Source of the DNA: Alphaproteobacteria bacterium
Lineage (GTDB): Bacteria; Pseudomonadota; Alphaproteobacteria; Rhizobiales; Hyphomicrobiaceae
Length of the DNA stretch: 64,000 nt
Direction of reading: 5' to 3'
Assembly: GCA_022600345.1 (NCBI GenBank)
Contig: JAHZKP010000039.1
Span: 10,089-74,088, forward strand
The notes beneath the pieces are model-generated. The model saw only the letters and a program-made list of their open reading frames with translations. It made no database searches and had not been told where the DNA came from. The position numbers and the translations under genes are program-made. Below, piece by piece: positions 1 to 9,748 of this stretch; positions within the stretch are counted from its first letter, which is position 1, and each line of letters opens with the position of its first letter.

Positions 1-118
1 GCGCAAGGCTGTCAACATTGCCAATACTACGCTACCGCTGGGTATCGTTGCTGGTTGTTGGCCAAGTGGCGGCCGAAAGGCGTGGAATGAGACACAAAAA
101 CCAAGAGTGAGGAAACAA

Positions 119-577
119 ATGCTTAGATCATTGGCAATTTTGGCTCTGAGTGCCGTTATCGGTCTGGCTGGAATGGTGGCAGCCAGTGCAGGCGATAGCG
201 GTTATGGCAAGCAGAAGGTCGTCTACCACATCAACTATCCAGGTGGTGAAAAGGGCAAGAAGTATTACGGCGCTTTGCGCAACATCCAAAACCACATCAA
301 TGCCGTTGGAAAGGACAACCTTGAAGTCAAGGTGGTGATGCACGGCAATGGCCTGGGGCTGTTGAAGCAGGCGAAGGATGATTTGAAGCTGCAGGGCAAC
401 GTGACCAATCTGAAGACGCAGAATGTGTCTTTCAATGTCTGTTCGAATACGCTGCGTGGCCGCAAGATCGACAAGGACAAGGATCTGTTTGAGGTGTACG
501 ATGAGGATATCGTGCCTTCAGGGGTTGCAGAGCTCAGCAAGCTGCAAGGGATGGGGTATACCTACATCAAGCCGTAA
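119..577 (+). CDS. Secreted DsrE/DsrF-like family protein
   Basis: Signal peptide, then KVVYHIN...VKVVMHGNGLGLL...FNVCSNTL...VPSGVAELSKLQGMGYTYIKP, typical of periplasmic DsrE-like proteins. ATG at 119 follows GAGGAAA. Confidence 0.8.
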   Translation: MLRSLAILALSAVIGLAGMVAASAGDSGYGKQKVVYHINYPGGEKGKKYYGALRNIQNHINAVGKDNLEVKVVMHGNGLGLLKQAKDDLKLQGNVTNLKTQNVSFNVCSNTLRGRKIDKDKDLFEVYDEDIVPSGVAELSKLQGMGYTYIKP

Positions 578-611
578 TCGATTGGCTTGGTTCAGGGTCG
601 TTGACAAGGTC

Positions 612-1694
612 ATGGCGATGGACGTGCTGTTGGGAAAAAAACCGCGGCGGGTCCGTCGCTTTTTTGCGATGGTTGTTGCGGTTGCGGGTACCGGAGCCGC
701 GCTGGCAGGTTGCGGACAGGACAAGGAAGCCGCCCCGCCTGAACTGTCGCTGCCTATCGACTGCAAGTTGGGCGAGACCTGCTTCGTTCAAAACTACGTT
801 GATATCGATCCAGGCCCGGGCGTGCGGGATTTTGCCTGTGGCAGTGCGACCTATGATGGTCACAAGGGCGTTGATATCCGGGTCCGTTCTGTTGCCGCCG
901 CAGATGGCGTTAGCGTGTTGGCGGTCGCCGACGGAAAGGTTCTGCGGGGGCGGGACGGCATGGCCGACAAGCTGCTGGGCGATTATGCCTCCAAGGCCGC
1001 CTGGCAATCAGCGCTCAAGGGAAAGGACTGCGGCAACGGCCTGGTGATCGATCATGGCGGCGGCTGGACGACGCAATATTGCCACCTCAAGCAGGGCAGT
1101 CTGGTGGTGAAGCCCGGTCAATCCGTGCAGCGTGGCCAGCGGCTGGGTAAAGTGGGGTATTCAGGCAGGGTTGAATTTGCCCACGTTCACATCACCGTTC
1201 GCCACAACGACAAGGTGGTCGATCCATTCACTGGGCAAGGTCAGGTCAATTCGTGCCAAGGCGACGCGAAACTGGATGCGGCACTGTGGTCGCCAGAGCT
1301 GCGTTCCAAGCTGGCTTATGCCACCGGCACGATCATCGGGGCTGGTTTTACCGGAGCCCCGCCTGTTCATAGTCAACTGGAGCACAATCACCAGGTGGTG
1401 CCGGCGGTGGCAGACAGTTCGGCGCTGGTGTTTTTCGCAAGGATGATGAATTTGCGCAAAGGCGACCGGGTTCAGGTGAGTGTGCGCGGGCCTGAGGGGT
1501 TCCGGGTCGACAACACGACGAAGCCACTTGCCCGAAGCAAGGCTGTCTATAGCATTTTCGCAGGCAAGAAGCTGAGGGCCCGGCGTTGGCCGGCAGGTCG
1601 CTATGTCGCCCGTGTCGCGGTTCTAAGGAAGCCTGGCCGGGGTCAGGTTGAGCGGGCCGTTGACAGCCGGAAAGTGACGTTGGACCTGCGCTAA
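612..1694 (+). CDS. M23 family metallopeptidase
   Basis: YDGHKGVDI (HxxxD) and TQYCHLK...FAHVH (HxH) motifs; N-terminal signal/lipobox-like LAGC. The ORF-track start at 423 overlaps the DsrE gene; ATG 612/618 is more plausible. Confidence 0.85.
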   Translation: MAMDVLLGKKPRRVRRFFAMVVAVAGTGAALAGCGQDKEAAPPELSLPIDCKLGETCFVQNYVDIDPGPGVRDFACGSATYDGHKGVDIRVRSVAAADGVSVLAVADGKVLRGRDGMADKLLGDYASKAAWQSALKGKDCGNGLVIDHGGGWTTQYCHLKQGSLVVKPGQSVQRGQRLGKVGYSGRVEFAHVHITVRHNDKVVDPFTGQGQVNSCQGDAKLDAALWSPELRSKLAYATGTIIGAGFTGAPPVHSQLEHNHQVVPAVADSSALVFFARMMNLRKGDRVQVSVRGPEGFRVDNTTKPLARSKAVYSIFAGKKLRARRWPAGRYVARVAVLRKPGRGQVERAVDSRKVTLDLR

Positions 1695-1752
1695 CATTTT
1701 ACTTGGCCGTGCGGGTAGCTGGTTGGGTTGCCTTCTGCCCGCCGCGTTTGCC

Positions 1753-2373
1753 TCATGCTACGAGGTCGTGGTGGTCTTCGACCTGGCCGTTGCCGGTTAG
1801 GCGATAGACCATTGGGACGCCGGTTGCCACTTCGCGTTCCAGGATCTGCTGGGCGGAGAGCTCCTCCAGGTACATGATCAAAGCGCGAATAGAGTTGCCG
1901 TGTGCGGCGACGATAACGTTTTTGCCTGCCTTCACGTCGGGCCAAATGTGCTGCTTGTAGTAGGGCAGAACGCGCGCGGCAGTGTCTTTGAGGCTTTCAC
2001 CGCCGGGAGGTGGGATGTCGTAGCTGCGGCGCCATTGCAGCACTTGCTCGGCTCCCCATTTTTCGCGCGCATCGTCCTTGTTAAGACCGGAGAGTTCACC
2101 GTAGTCGCGTTCGTTCAACGCCTGGTCGCGGATTGTTTGCAGACCTTCCTGGCCGAGATTTTCCAGGATGATCTCCAAGGTATTTTGAGCGCGCGTCAGC
2201 ATGCTGGTGTAGGCGATATCGAAATTGATGCCCTTTGCCTTCAGGAGGCGGCCGGCGTTGTGGGCTTCGGCTGTACCCTGATCGGTCAGGCCCGGGTCGC
2301 GCCAACCGGTGAATAGGTTTTTCTTGTTCCATTCGCTTTGGCCGTGGCGCACCAGTACGAGCACGTTGTCCAT
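1753..2373 (-). CDS. gpmA: 2,3-bisphosphoglycerate-dependent phosphoglycerate mutase
   Basis: [27 protein letters not shown] and AAHGNSIR motifs. Confidence 0.95.
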   Translation of the reverse strand: MDNVLVLVRHGQSEWNKKNLFTGWRDPGLTDQGTAEAHNAGRLLKAKGINFDIAYTSMLTRAQNTLEIILENLGQEGLQTIRDQALNERDYGELSGLNKDDAREKWGAEQVLQWRRSYDIPPPGGESLKDTAARVLPYYKQHIWPDVKAGKNVIVAAHGNSIRALIMYLEELSAQQILEREVATGVPMVYRLTGNGQVEDHHDLVA

Positions 2374-2416
2374 CGAATCGGGTTCCTTACTTTCTGGCTT
2401 GTGGAGTTTGGCTCAG

Positions 2417-3223
2417 CTATAGGCCGAGAACGTCTATCATGGAATAGAGGCCGGGTTGTTTGTCGCGTGCCCAAAGGGCTGCCTTGGCGGCGCCGCGTGC
2501 AAAGATCGCCCGGTCCTCGGCGTGGTGGGCAAGGGTGATGCGTTCGCCGTTGCCTGCGAAAATGACGCTGTGATCGCCGATGACGCTGCCACCGCGCAGG
2601 GCCTGGATGCCAATGTCACCTGCGCGCCGTTCGCCGGTAATGCCGTCGCGGGTGCGCACGGCTTTGTCTTCAAGGGAAACGTCGCGGCCCTGTGAAGCCG
2701 CCTGGGCCAGCATCAAGGCAGTGCCCGAGGGTGCGTCGACCTTGTGTCGGTGGTGCATCTCAACGATTTCGATATCAAAATCGATGTCGAGGGCTTTGGC
2801 GACTTTCTCAGTCAGAGCCGTCAGCAGGTTGACGCCAAGGCTCATGTTGCCGGCCTTGACGATGGGGATCTTCGTGGCCGCAGCCTCGATTGCCGCTTGG
2901 TGGCTGGTCTCGAACCCTGTTGTTCCGATAATGTGGGCGGTGTTATTTTGGGCTGCGATCTCACAGAAGCGAATTGTTGCAGCCGGTGCCGTGAAATCGA
3001 GGATGGCATCCGCTTGGGCAATGACTGTTTCGGCGTCAGCGCTCAGAGCAATCCCGATAGCCTCACGACCGGCCAACACACCCAGATCCGAGCCGATTGC
3101 TTTCGAGCATGCCTGTTCGGTGCCACCGCACAGACTTGCATTCGGAGATTCCAAGACGGCGCGCAGGAGCGCCCGGCCCATTCTGCCGGATGCTCCCATT
3201 ACAGCGATCTTGATTTCGGCCAT
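2417..3223 (-). CDS. dapB: 4-hydroxy-tetrahydrodipicolinate reductase
   Basis: GASGRMG Rossmann motif; [15 protein letters not shown] catalytic motif. Confidence 0.96.
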   Translation of the reverse strand: MAEIKIAVMGASGRMGRALLRAVLESPNASLCGGTEQACSKAIGSDLGVLAGREAIGIALSADAETVIAQADAILDFTAPAATIRFCEIAAQNNTAHIIGTTGFETSHQAAIEAAATKIPIVKAGNMSLGVNLLTALTEKVAKALDIDFDIEIVEMHHRHKVDAPSGTALMLAQAASQGRDVSLEDKAVRTRDGITGERRAGDIGIQALRGGSVIGDHSVIFAGNGERITLAHHAEDRAIFARGAAKAALWARDKQPGLYSMIDVLGL

Positions 3224-3345
3224 GGCGGATTGGTTCTTTCCTCGGTTGCCTGCACCTGCTCAGCGCCGATTTGGCAGAGTTGTGCCCCCCGGCTATTTGG
3301 AGCCAAAAACCAGGGGGCTGCAAAGGCACACGGTCTTGGTCGGGC

Positions 3346-3882
3346 TCAAGCGGATTTTGCTTTCGCGCGCTCGATCCCCTCGACGATATTGCGGCGGGCT
3401 TCCTGGAAGTCGCCCCAGCGGTCGATCTTGACCCATTTTCCAGGCTCAAGGTCCTTATAGTGCTCGAAGAAGTGCTCAATCTGGGTGATCGAGATATCGG
3501 GCAGGTCGGTGTAGTTGCGGACACGGTCATAACGCTGTGTGGTCGAAGACGAGGGAACCGCGATGATTTTTTCGTCGCCGCCGCCATCGTCCTCCATGAG
3601 CATCACGCCGATTGGCCGGCAATTGATGACGGCTCCAGGAACAATCGCGCGCGAGTTGCAGACGATGACGTCGACGGGGTCACCATCGGCGGAAAGCGTG
3701 TGGGGGACGAACCCGTAGTTCCCAGGGTAGCGCATCGGGGTGTAGAGGAACCGGTCGACGAACAGGGTTCCTGCGTCCTTATCCAGTTCGTACTTGATCG
3801 GATCTCCGCCAACCGGAACCTCGATAATGACGTTGATGTCTTCTGGCGGGTTGTCGCCGATCTTGATGGCTTCGATGCGCAT
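3346..3882 (-). CDS. ppa: Inorganic pyrophosphatase (family I)
   Basis: [13 protein letters not shown]...YPGNYGFVP...DGDPVDV motifs; start placed at ATG 3882 after GGAG. Confidence 0.95.
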   Translation of the reverse strand: MRIEAIKIGDNPPEDINVIIEVPVGGDPIKYELDKDAGTLFVDRFLYTPMRYPGNYGFVPHTLSADGDPVDVIVCNSRAIVPGAVINCRPIGVMLMEDDGGGDEKIIAVPSSSTTQRYDRVRNYTDLPDISITQIEHFFEHYKDLEPGKWVKIDRWGDFQEARRNIVEGIERAKAKSA

Positions 3883-4249
3883 TTTTCTCTCCTTGGAGCA
3901 AGGCTGGCGGCTTAAGCGATTTCCGCGACATGGCCGCGGCATTGCATCTTGATACGTTCTGAATATCGGGCTTTCCAGTCGGGGCAATGCTCTTTTCGTG
4001 GGGGCGTTACCACAGGCTGGTTGAATTGTGGCGATTTGGCACCCGTCAATAAGGCAAAATCGATTAGCAGTAACAATGCGTTGCGCAGGCCGGACAAGAT
4101 ATTCTACGATCTTGCTACAAAAATTTGAGTGCTATTGCGGACTTCCGTGGGCAATGGGGCGTGGCGCGTTGGATATCGCCGCAACCGCGCAAGGCGCGCA
4201 CCGCCAGCCCGTGCGGCGCCCGTATTCTTAGCTCCCTGGGGGGCCGTGT

Positions 4250-5563
4250 ATGCGTTTCGTAACTGATTTTTGGGAAAAATTGTTGGATCGGGTTGCTGGC
4301 GGCTCGATGAGCGTGGCCTCCAAACGTATGCCGATATTGGCCGCAGTCGCACTAATGATCGTCGTTATAGGCATTGCTGGCGTAGCTGAGGCGCAAACGA
4401 TTAAGTTTCCCAGGGACGACGCCGAAGGCTCGGTGACGGTCGGCATGCAAAAAGCCCTGTTCTACATGGGGTGCTACAAAGGCAGCTACGCTGCGGTCGA
4501 AGCAGCAGCCGATGGGGACTTTGGTAGATCAACAGGGCGGGTCAGCCGGTCTTACGGTGCCCTCAACACACTATCTGCTAACCAGAACCCTGGCCTTCAG
4601 GCGATGCTGAAGGCGGCGTCCTCGGGCGGCGATACGGCCATCCGCAATCTGGTCGACTTTCTCGCCACTGAGTTGAAGTCGCTTTTGTCGGCGAACAAGC
4701 GGACGGGATATTGCGGGACCATAAATGTACCCGCCAGTCTTGATGCTTCGGAAATCGAGAATGCCATCTTTCCGCAAAAGGTCTATCGCGGGGGCGATCA
4801 GGTTTGTGAGGCGAAGAATTTATCGAAAACATATCTATCGAAATTCAATGGTGAACTGGCCAAGTCTCGCGACTTGGAGGCACCACTTTCGCTGGTTATC
4901 GAAAAATTCGGTGAGATCTTCAAGCCAGACGTCGCTTCTGACGATGAGGTGGCCAGCGAAAATATGGAGCGGTTATCGAATTTCGGGACAGTGGGCGTAA
5001 ATCGAACGAAAACCAAGGAAGCGCTGGAATTGGCCCTGAAGGCGTTTCGAGGGCTGGTTGCGCGGTACGGCGCCAACGACGAACCGTGCGGGACCTGCTT
5101 TGCAGTTAATGACTGGAAGCTGTTGCGTAACAAGGCAATCATTACCGGCGGCGTTCTTTATCATTCCGCCGATCCGGCCGTCAGTGTCAATGTGGCTAAT
5201 ATTAAGCGGTCCTGGATGTTTGAGGCCCGCGATAATATGTTGATTTTTCGGCGTATTAACAAGCGGTGGCAGGGGATGGTCAACGGCGGCGGCGGTGCGG
5301 GCGATGATACTATGACGCGTGCGGACATCGAGGCGGCCAGGGATGAGGAACTCGACCTTGCTATCAACCGGTTGGCGCAACTGGAAACAATCGAAAAATA
5401 TGGAATGACGAGCGCAGAAGCGCAGCGGATGTTTGATGCCGGCGTGGAAAGACCGGTGTCGCTGCCGACCCACATCGGCAATGGTAACAAATTGATGGCC
5501 GATCTTGCTGCTGATAGCGATTGCGAAGGATTTGATGGCGCGACCGTCGAATATGGCGGCTGA
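4250..5563 (+). CDS. Secreted hypothetical protein with a peptidoglycan-binding-like N-terminal motif and a PCxxC motif
   Basis: 437-aa ORF. Signal peptide ends VAEA; MQKALFYMGCYKG...ADGDFGRST resembles the PG_binding_1 signature. Start may be 4307 or 4328. Confidence 0.7.
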   Translation: MRFVTDFWEKLLDRVAGGSMSVASKRMPILAAVALMIVVIGIAGVAEAQTIKFPRDDAEGSVTVGMQKALFYMGCYKGSYAAVEAAADGDFGRSTGRVSRSYGALNTLSANQNPGLQAMLKAASSGGDTAIRNLVDFLATELKSLLSANKRTGYCGTINVPASLDASEIENAIFPQKVYRGGDQVCEAKNLSKTYLSKFNGELAKSRDLEAPLSLVIEKFGEIFKPDVASDDEVASENMERLSNFGTVGVNRTKTKEALELALKAFRGLVARYGANDEPCGTCFAVNDWKLLRNKAIITGGVLYHSADPAVSVNVANIKRSWMFEARDNMLIFRRINKRWQGMVNGGGGAGDDTMTRADIEAARDEELDLAINRLAQLETIEKYGMTSAEAQRMFDAGVERPVSLPTHIGNGNKLMADLAADSDCEGFDGATVEYGG

Positions 5564-5604
5564 GAAATTCGAGAATTGACGGAAAGCATGGGAGAGTGTG
5601 CGTT

Positions 5605-6681
5605 ATGAAGGCAGCTAGTTTGAATCTTGGTGCTATTATTTGGTCTTGGCGTGCTGCTCTAAAACTCGTGTTGGTCGTTGTCGCTGCCAGCTTTTGCGTT
5701 TCTCTGCCAATGGTGGACAATAGTGCGGAGGCAAAAAAGAGGGGCAGCACGGATTGGAGAAAAGTCGTAAAAGGCAAGAAGAAGGGTAGTCAACTGGATT
5801 CGACGGAATCGAAGGTCTGCCTGATTGGCAAAGACGTTGCCGATAAATGGCTCAACAAGAACGAGATCACAAAAGCATTTAAGGATGCTGCTGAAGACTT
5901 CTGGGATGGAATCGACAAAATTCCCGACACGATGTTCAGCGATTATGCGGGAAAAACGAAGGCGCAGCGCCGGGCGTCGTTCAAGGCGGATTATACGCTC
6001 TATATCGGTAAGATCTATGGAATCGCCGAGACGGCTGCCAATGAGAACAGCGTTCCGTGCAATCAGTGTGAACTGTTGGACGACTGGGGGTATCTGGGCT
6101 CAAAGACCATCGAGCCCAACCAGGACCCCTTCCAGATTGAAGCGATCCGGAAAAGCCTGAAGGCAAGCAGTGGTGCGGGCCCGGAAGGAACAAACATCGG
6201 TGTCTCGATTGGCAAAATCTGGGATGAGGAGGATACCGGAAAAGTCGTCAAGCTGAAGCTCGTGTCCAAAGAGGGCATGGGACTGGTGCACGACCAGATC
6301 GAGAGACTAAAGCTGGTCAGTGGCAAGCTGGCGACGACCAACAGAGACTACTCGGATCTGGCCTATCAATTCTGCGACGAGCCCACGGCAGCGGCCTGCG
6401 CAGGTATTGTGGATGCGAAATGTGAGCTTAAAGGGCCTGATGAAAAGCCGTACGGATATGCATCCACGAATTGCACCAAGTATCACCTTCTGGATGATTT
6501 GGAGGCGACTTGGAAAAAGATCGTCGACACGCTGCATCCGCATACGAATGTGGCCGACGACAAGAAGGTTTCGTCGCTGGTCAACTGGATGAACACGCCG
6601 ATTGAGAACCAGCAGGTTTGTCCGTCATCCAAGTTCTTGAACGTTGGCAGCCATGGGCTCATCACCAGCAGCCCGGATTGA
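5605..6681 (+). CDS. Secreted Cys-containing hypothetical protein, distant paralog of the upstream gene
   Basis: ~358-aa ORF; signal peptide ends SAEA; PCNQCELLDDW motif parallels PCGTCFAVNDW of the upstream protein. Confidence 0.7.
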   Translation: MKAASLNLGAIIWSWRAALKLVLVVVAASFCVSLPMVDNSAEAKKRGSTDWRKVVKGKKKGSQLDSTESKVCLIGKDVADKWLNKNEITKAFKDAAEDFWDGIDKIPDTMFSDYAGKTKAQRRASFKADYTLYIGKIYGIAETAANENSVPCNQCELLDDWGYLGSKTIEPNQDPFQIEAIRKSLKASSGAGPEGTNIGVSIGKIWDEEDTGKVVKLKLVSKEGMGLVHDQIERLKLVSGKLATTNRDYSDLAYQFCDEPTAAACAGIVDAKCELKGPDEKPYGYASTNCTKYHLLDDLEATWKKIVDTLHPHTNVADDKKVSSLVNWMNTPIENQQVCPSSKFLNVGSHGLITSSPD

Positions 6682-6756
6682 GCGGGGGGTATCGTCGACA
6701 CGTCTTTCGGCAAGCCTCGACCGATAGCCTGCGGTTCATTTGCCTTGCCAAATCCG

Positions 6757-7108
6757 CTAGCAGGCTGTTGAAAAACTCATGTGGCTCGCGACACCTGTCA
6801 CTTTTTCGCATTCGGCCAGAAGCGGCGCGCAGCGTGATATGGTTTATCGTGCCAGTGCCGCGACGCCGCCGAGGCGAAAAAGTGCGGTGTCCCAAGGGGA
6901 TGCGGCGAAATTGACTGCCGGACTGCGTTGCGCCGGTTTGCCGTGGGACCAAAGGCAATGACACACCTGTGCGCAGGTGAGAAAGCGGCGTTCGAGGGTG
7001 TTCACTTTGCTAGGCTGGCTTTGGTTTCCGCCGCTCACAAGCCATTACGGTATGCTCCTCATGGACACTGGCCCCTACCCGCGACCATCGAAAATGAGCA
7101 CGGTCTAG
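6757..7108. repeat. CTAG-flanked MITE-like structured non-coding element(s)
   Basis: Starts CTAG-CAGGCTGTTGAAAAA; long imperfect hairpin 6790-6816 / 6868-6891; palindrome CACCTG-tgcg-CAGGTG; further CTAG at 7010 and 7105; no convincing ORF. Confidence 0.55.
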
Positions 7109-7219
7109 CCAAGTGAGGCAGAAGGGTAGTGTCTCAGTTTGAAATCTGACGCTCTTGACTCTTGATGGCCAGCCCCTCACGTCTCTGGTATGCTTAGCGA
7201 CAAGCAGAAGGAGGCGCTA

Positions 7220-7417
7220 ATGCCAAACTACGTGGTTTGGGCGACAAATGATGTGGATGAATGGTCCCACTGCCTTTTAGAGACAGAGCAAGGATCTGCG
7301 GCGAAGGAGAAGGCTCACACGGTCGTTGAATCGCGGCAATTCAGGTTCGTTGCCCTGGATTGTGATGGGCGGACCATCTGGTCGAATGATCCCAATACGC
7401 CAACGGAAACGGACTGA
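7220..7417 (+). CDS. Small hypothetical passenger protein (65 aa)
   Basis: Strong RBS GGAGG before ATG 7220; stop lies 2 nt before the next ATG. Confidence 0.55.
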   Translation: MPNYVVWATNDVDEWSHCLLETEQGSAAKEKAHTVVESRQFRFVALDCDGRTIWSNDPNTPTETD

Positions 7418-7419
7418 CG

Positions 7420-7665
7420 ATGCCTAAAACTCCAAAAAGCAAAAAGCGTCCTTCAGACGTTATCGGCAACGCCGTAAGGGTGATGCAGATCGCTACCGGT
7501 GAGGTTGAGGAAGACACCGAAGACGACGGCAAGGACAAGGCTGCGCAGTCTATGGGACGGCGAGGTGGGAAGGCACGTGCCGCCAAGATGACACCTAAGC
7601 AGCGCTCCGAAATCGCCAAAGCTGCGGCTAACGCTCGTTGGACGAAAGAGGATGATCCCCAATAG
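7420..7665 (+). CDS. Small basic KGG-motif-like protein (putative nucleic-acid binding) typical of IS1/IS1595 passengers
   Basis: KRPSDVIGNAVRVMQIATGE...AAQSMGRRGGKARAAKMTPKQRSEIAKAAANARW, a recognisable small family that I recall beside these transposases. Confidence 0.8.
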   Translation: MPKTPKSKKRPSDVIGNAVRVMQIATGEVEEDTEDDGKDKAAQSMGRRGGKARAAKMTPKQRSEIAKAAANARWTKEDDPQ

Positions 7666-8560
7666 CCTTGGCTTGGAAAATGCCATTTTGGTTTTCTATG
7701 ATCTTTGCAATCGGCGTATTCATCAGGGTGAAAACAAATGCATGGTGAACTCCAAGTGCTAGATCTTGCATTTCTTGGTCGGACTCAAAATTCATAATTT
7801 TAAGACCGACCTCCTCACATTCCTCTCGATGTATGTGTCGGCTGTGATGTTTATGCTGTGTGGCATCGGAGAAATAGTTAACAATTTTGTCCGCCTTTTC
7901 CTCCGCATCATCATGTCCCTCAAACATACCTCTCATCAGGGACTTCTTGCCGATTTCCTTCGACCAATCAATAGCGTGACGGCACGTGGAAAGGAAAGTT
8001 GGGCGGATCTGCTCGAGGATTGGCCGGTACACATGGATAAGCTCTGGAGCGGAAGCAATCTTCTTTGATATATCATCAAATTCGTCCAGCACTAGCTGTG
8101 CCGGTTGAGAACCAAACTGCGGATCAATAGGGCCCAGATTACTGTGCAGCCCCATCCATATCTCTTTCCCGGCGAAAGCAATCATAGTGCCGCCAGACAT
8201 GCTTAGTTGAGGAACAAACACTCGTACGTTTGAACCGAATTTCGAACGAATATAATGGATTAGTGAGTCTGTTGCTGCAACATTGCCACCCGGAGAGTGG
8301 ATGAAAATGTCTAGCCCGTTTTCGAATTTCATGTTTCGAAAACACGCCATCAATCCGTTTTTGTCCTCATCTGTGATGGAAACAAATGAACCGAAACCAG
8401 GGCCATTCTTCTGTAGCCAACCCGAGTAGTAAGCTAGCGCATTTCTTCCTGTCTTTTCGGCAAATCGGTTAAGGTGAATGCGACGAACCTCGTTGAACGG
8501 ATTCTTAGTTGTTCTGGCAAGTTCGTCGACCTCTTCAGAAATTTCGTCCCAATTTGCCAT
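7628..8560 (-). CDS. ClpP-class serine protease (SDH_sah / S49-like)
   Basis: IHSPGGNVAAT...FVPQLSMSGGTMIAFAGKEIWMGLHSNLGPIDPQ and HSRHI motifs; ATG 8560 after GGGAG. AT-richer than flanking host genes. Confidence 0.85.
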   Translation of the reverse strand: MANWDEISEEVDELARTTKNPFNEVRRIHLNRFAEKTGRNALAYYSGWLQKNGPGFGSFVSITDEDKNGLMACFRNMKFENGLDIFIHSPGGNVAATDSLIHYIRSKFGSNVRVFVPQLSMSGGTMIAFAGKEIWMGLHSNLGPIDPQFGSQPAQLVLDEFDDISKKIASAPELIHVYRPILEQIRPTFLSTCRHAIDWSKEIGKKSLMRGMFEGHDDAEEKADKIVNYFSDATQHKHHSRHIHREECEEVGLKIMNFESDQEMQDLALGVHHAFVFTLMNTPIAKIIENQNGIFQAKAIGDHPLSSNER

Positions 8561-8567
8561 GCGCGAT

Positions 8568-8765
8568 CTATCTCCCACCTGCCAATACATGTGACGGGTA
8601 ATATACCGGTTCTTCACCGGGATAGTAAGTTACTGACGGTCTATTAGTTGCCGCGCCGTCGCCACACCGAGTTAGCTCTTTCAAGCGTGCTTCTCGTAGT
8701 GTGTCGTCCTTATCGGTGGATGCAACCTTCTTCTCGGTGCGTTCATTCATCGGTCTTACTCCCAT
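8568..8765 (-). CDS. Possible small peptide upstream of the protease (about 60-65 aa)
   Basis: ORF ends 7 nt before the protease ATG; start uncertain (8765 or 8750); no family recognised. Confidence 0.3.
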   Translation of the reverse strand: MGVRPMNERTEKKVASTDKDDTLREARLKELTRCGDGAATNRPSVTYYPGEEPVYYPSHVLAGGR

Positions 8766-8860
8766 GCTTTCTACTACAGTGACATCAAACGATTCGGACG
8801 TAAATATTTCGTTTCTTAACAATCTTTGTGCTTGACGCTAAGCATATAAGTTCACATATT

Positions 8861-9748
8861 ATGGGCATGAACAAATTGCCCCTGCATAAGCGCGTCCAAA
8901 TCCTCTCCATGCTCTGCGAGGGATCGTCCATGCGGTCGATCTCGCGGGTGTGCGATGTGTCGATCAACACGGTGTCAAAGATGCTGGTTGATATGGGGAA
9001 GTTTTGCGCAGGTTTTCACGATGAAAACGTTCGCAACGTTCATTCCAAGCGCGTGCAGGTTGACGAAATCTGGAGCTTCACGGCAGCGAAGCAAAAGAAC
9101 GTCGATGCAATGAAGAAGCCGGTTGATGGAGCTGGCGACACCTGGACGTGGACGGCGCTGGATGCCGATAGCAAGCTGATCGTTTCCCACTTCGTTGGTG
9201 GCCGTGATGCTCATTGTGCAAAGGTGTTCATCAACGATCTGGCCAGCCGACTAGCAACGAGGGTGCAGCTCACATCAGATGGCCATAGGCCATACCTTGA
9301 GGCCATCGAAGGAGCGTTTGGCGCGGATGTTGACTATGCCATGCTGGTGAAAATCTACGGTGCTGCACCGGAAAGCGCCAAGGGCCGTTATAGCCCGGCA
9401 GATTGCACTGGTATTCGCAAGACCCGCATCGAAGGTGATCCAGACGAAAAGCACGTTTCCACCAGCTACGTTGAGCGATCCAACCTGACGATGCGGATGC
9501 ACAACCGACGCTTCACACGACTGACCAATGCCTTCTCAAAGAAGTTTGAGAACCATGCGCACATGGTCGCGATCTATTCTGTTTGGTATAACTTCGTTCG
9601 TATCCACAAAACACTACGGGTGACACCAGCGATGGAAGCTGGCATTTCCGAAAAGGTTTGGAAGTGGGAAGACGTGCTAGAAATCTTCGATGAGCAGGCT
9701 CCGAAGCCGGGCCGCCCGAAGAAGTACAAGAAGAATAATTCAAACTGA
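8861..9748 (+). CDS. IS1-family DDE transposase
   Basis: MNKLPLHKRVQILSMLCEGSSMRSISR HTH region; VDEIW, TSDG and YVERSNLTMRMHNRRFTRLTNAFSKK DDE motifs. The stop codon lies inside the right IR. Start 8861 or 8867. Confidence 0.92.
   Translation: MGMNKLPLHKRVQILSMLCEGSSMRSISRVCDVSINTVSKMLVDMGKFCAGFHDENVRNVHSKRVQVDEIWSFTAAKQKNVDAMKKPVDGAGDTWTWTALDADSKLIVSHFVGGRDAHCAKVFINDLASRLATRVQLTSDGHRPYLEAIEGAFGADVDYAMLVKIYGAAPESAKGRYSPADCTGIRKTRIEGDPDEKHVSTSYVERSNLTMRMHNRRFTRLTNAFSKKFENHAHMVAIYSVWYNFVRIHKTLRVTPAMEAGISEKVWKWEDVLEIFDEQAPKPGRPKKYKKNNSN

Noticed and set aside
423-611. N-terminal extension of the M23 peptidase given by the ORF track
   Set aside because: It overlaps the DsrE gene in another frame; the signal-like segment begins after ATG 612/618.
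2580-3460. Long plus-strand ORFs (283 and 238 aa)
   Set aside because: Antisense to dapB and ppa; no recognisable domains.
5084-5098. c-type heme binding site in the secreted protein
   Set aside because: The motif is CxxCF (and CxxCE in the paralog), not CxxCH.
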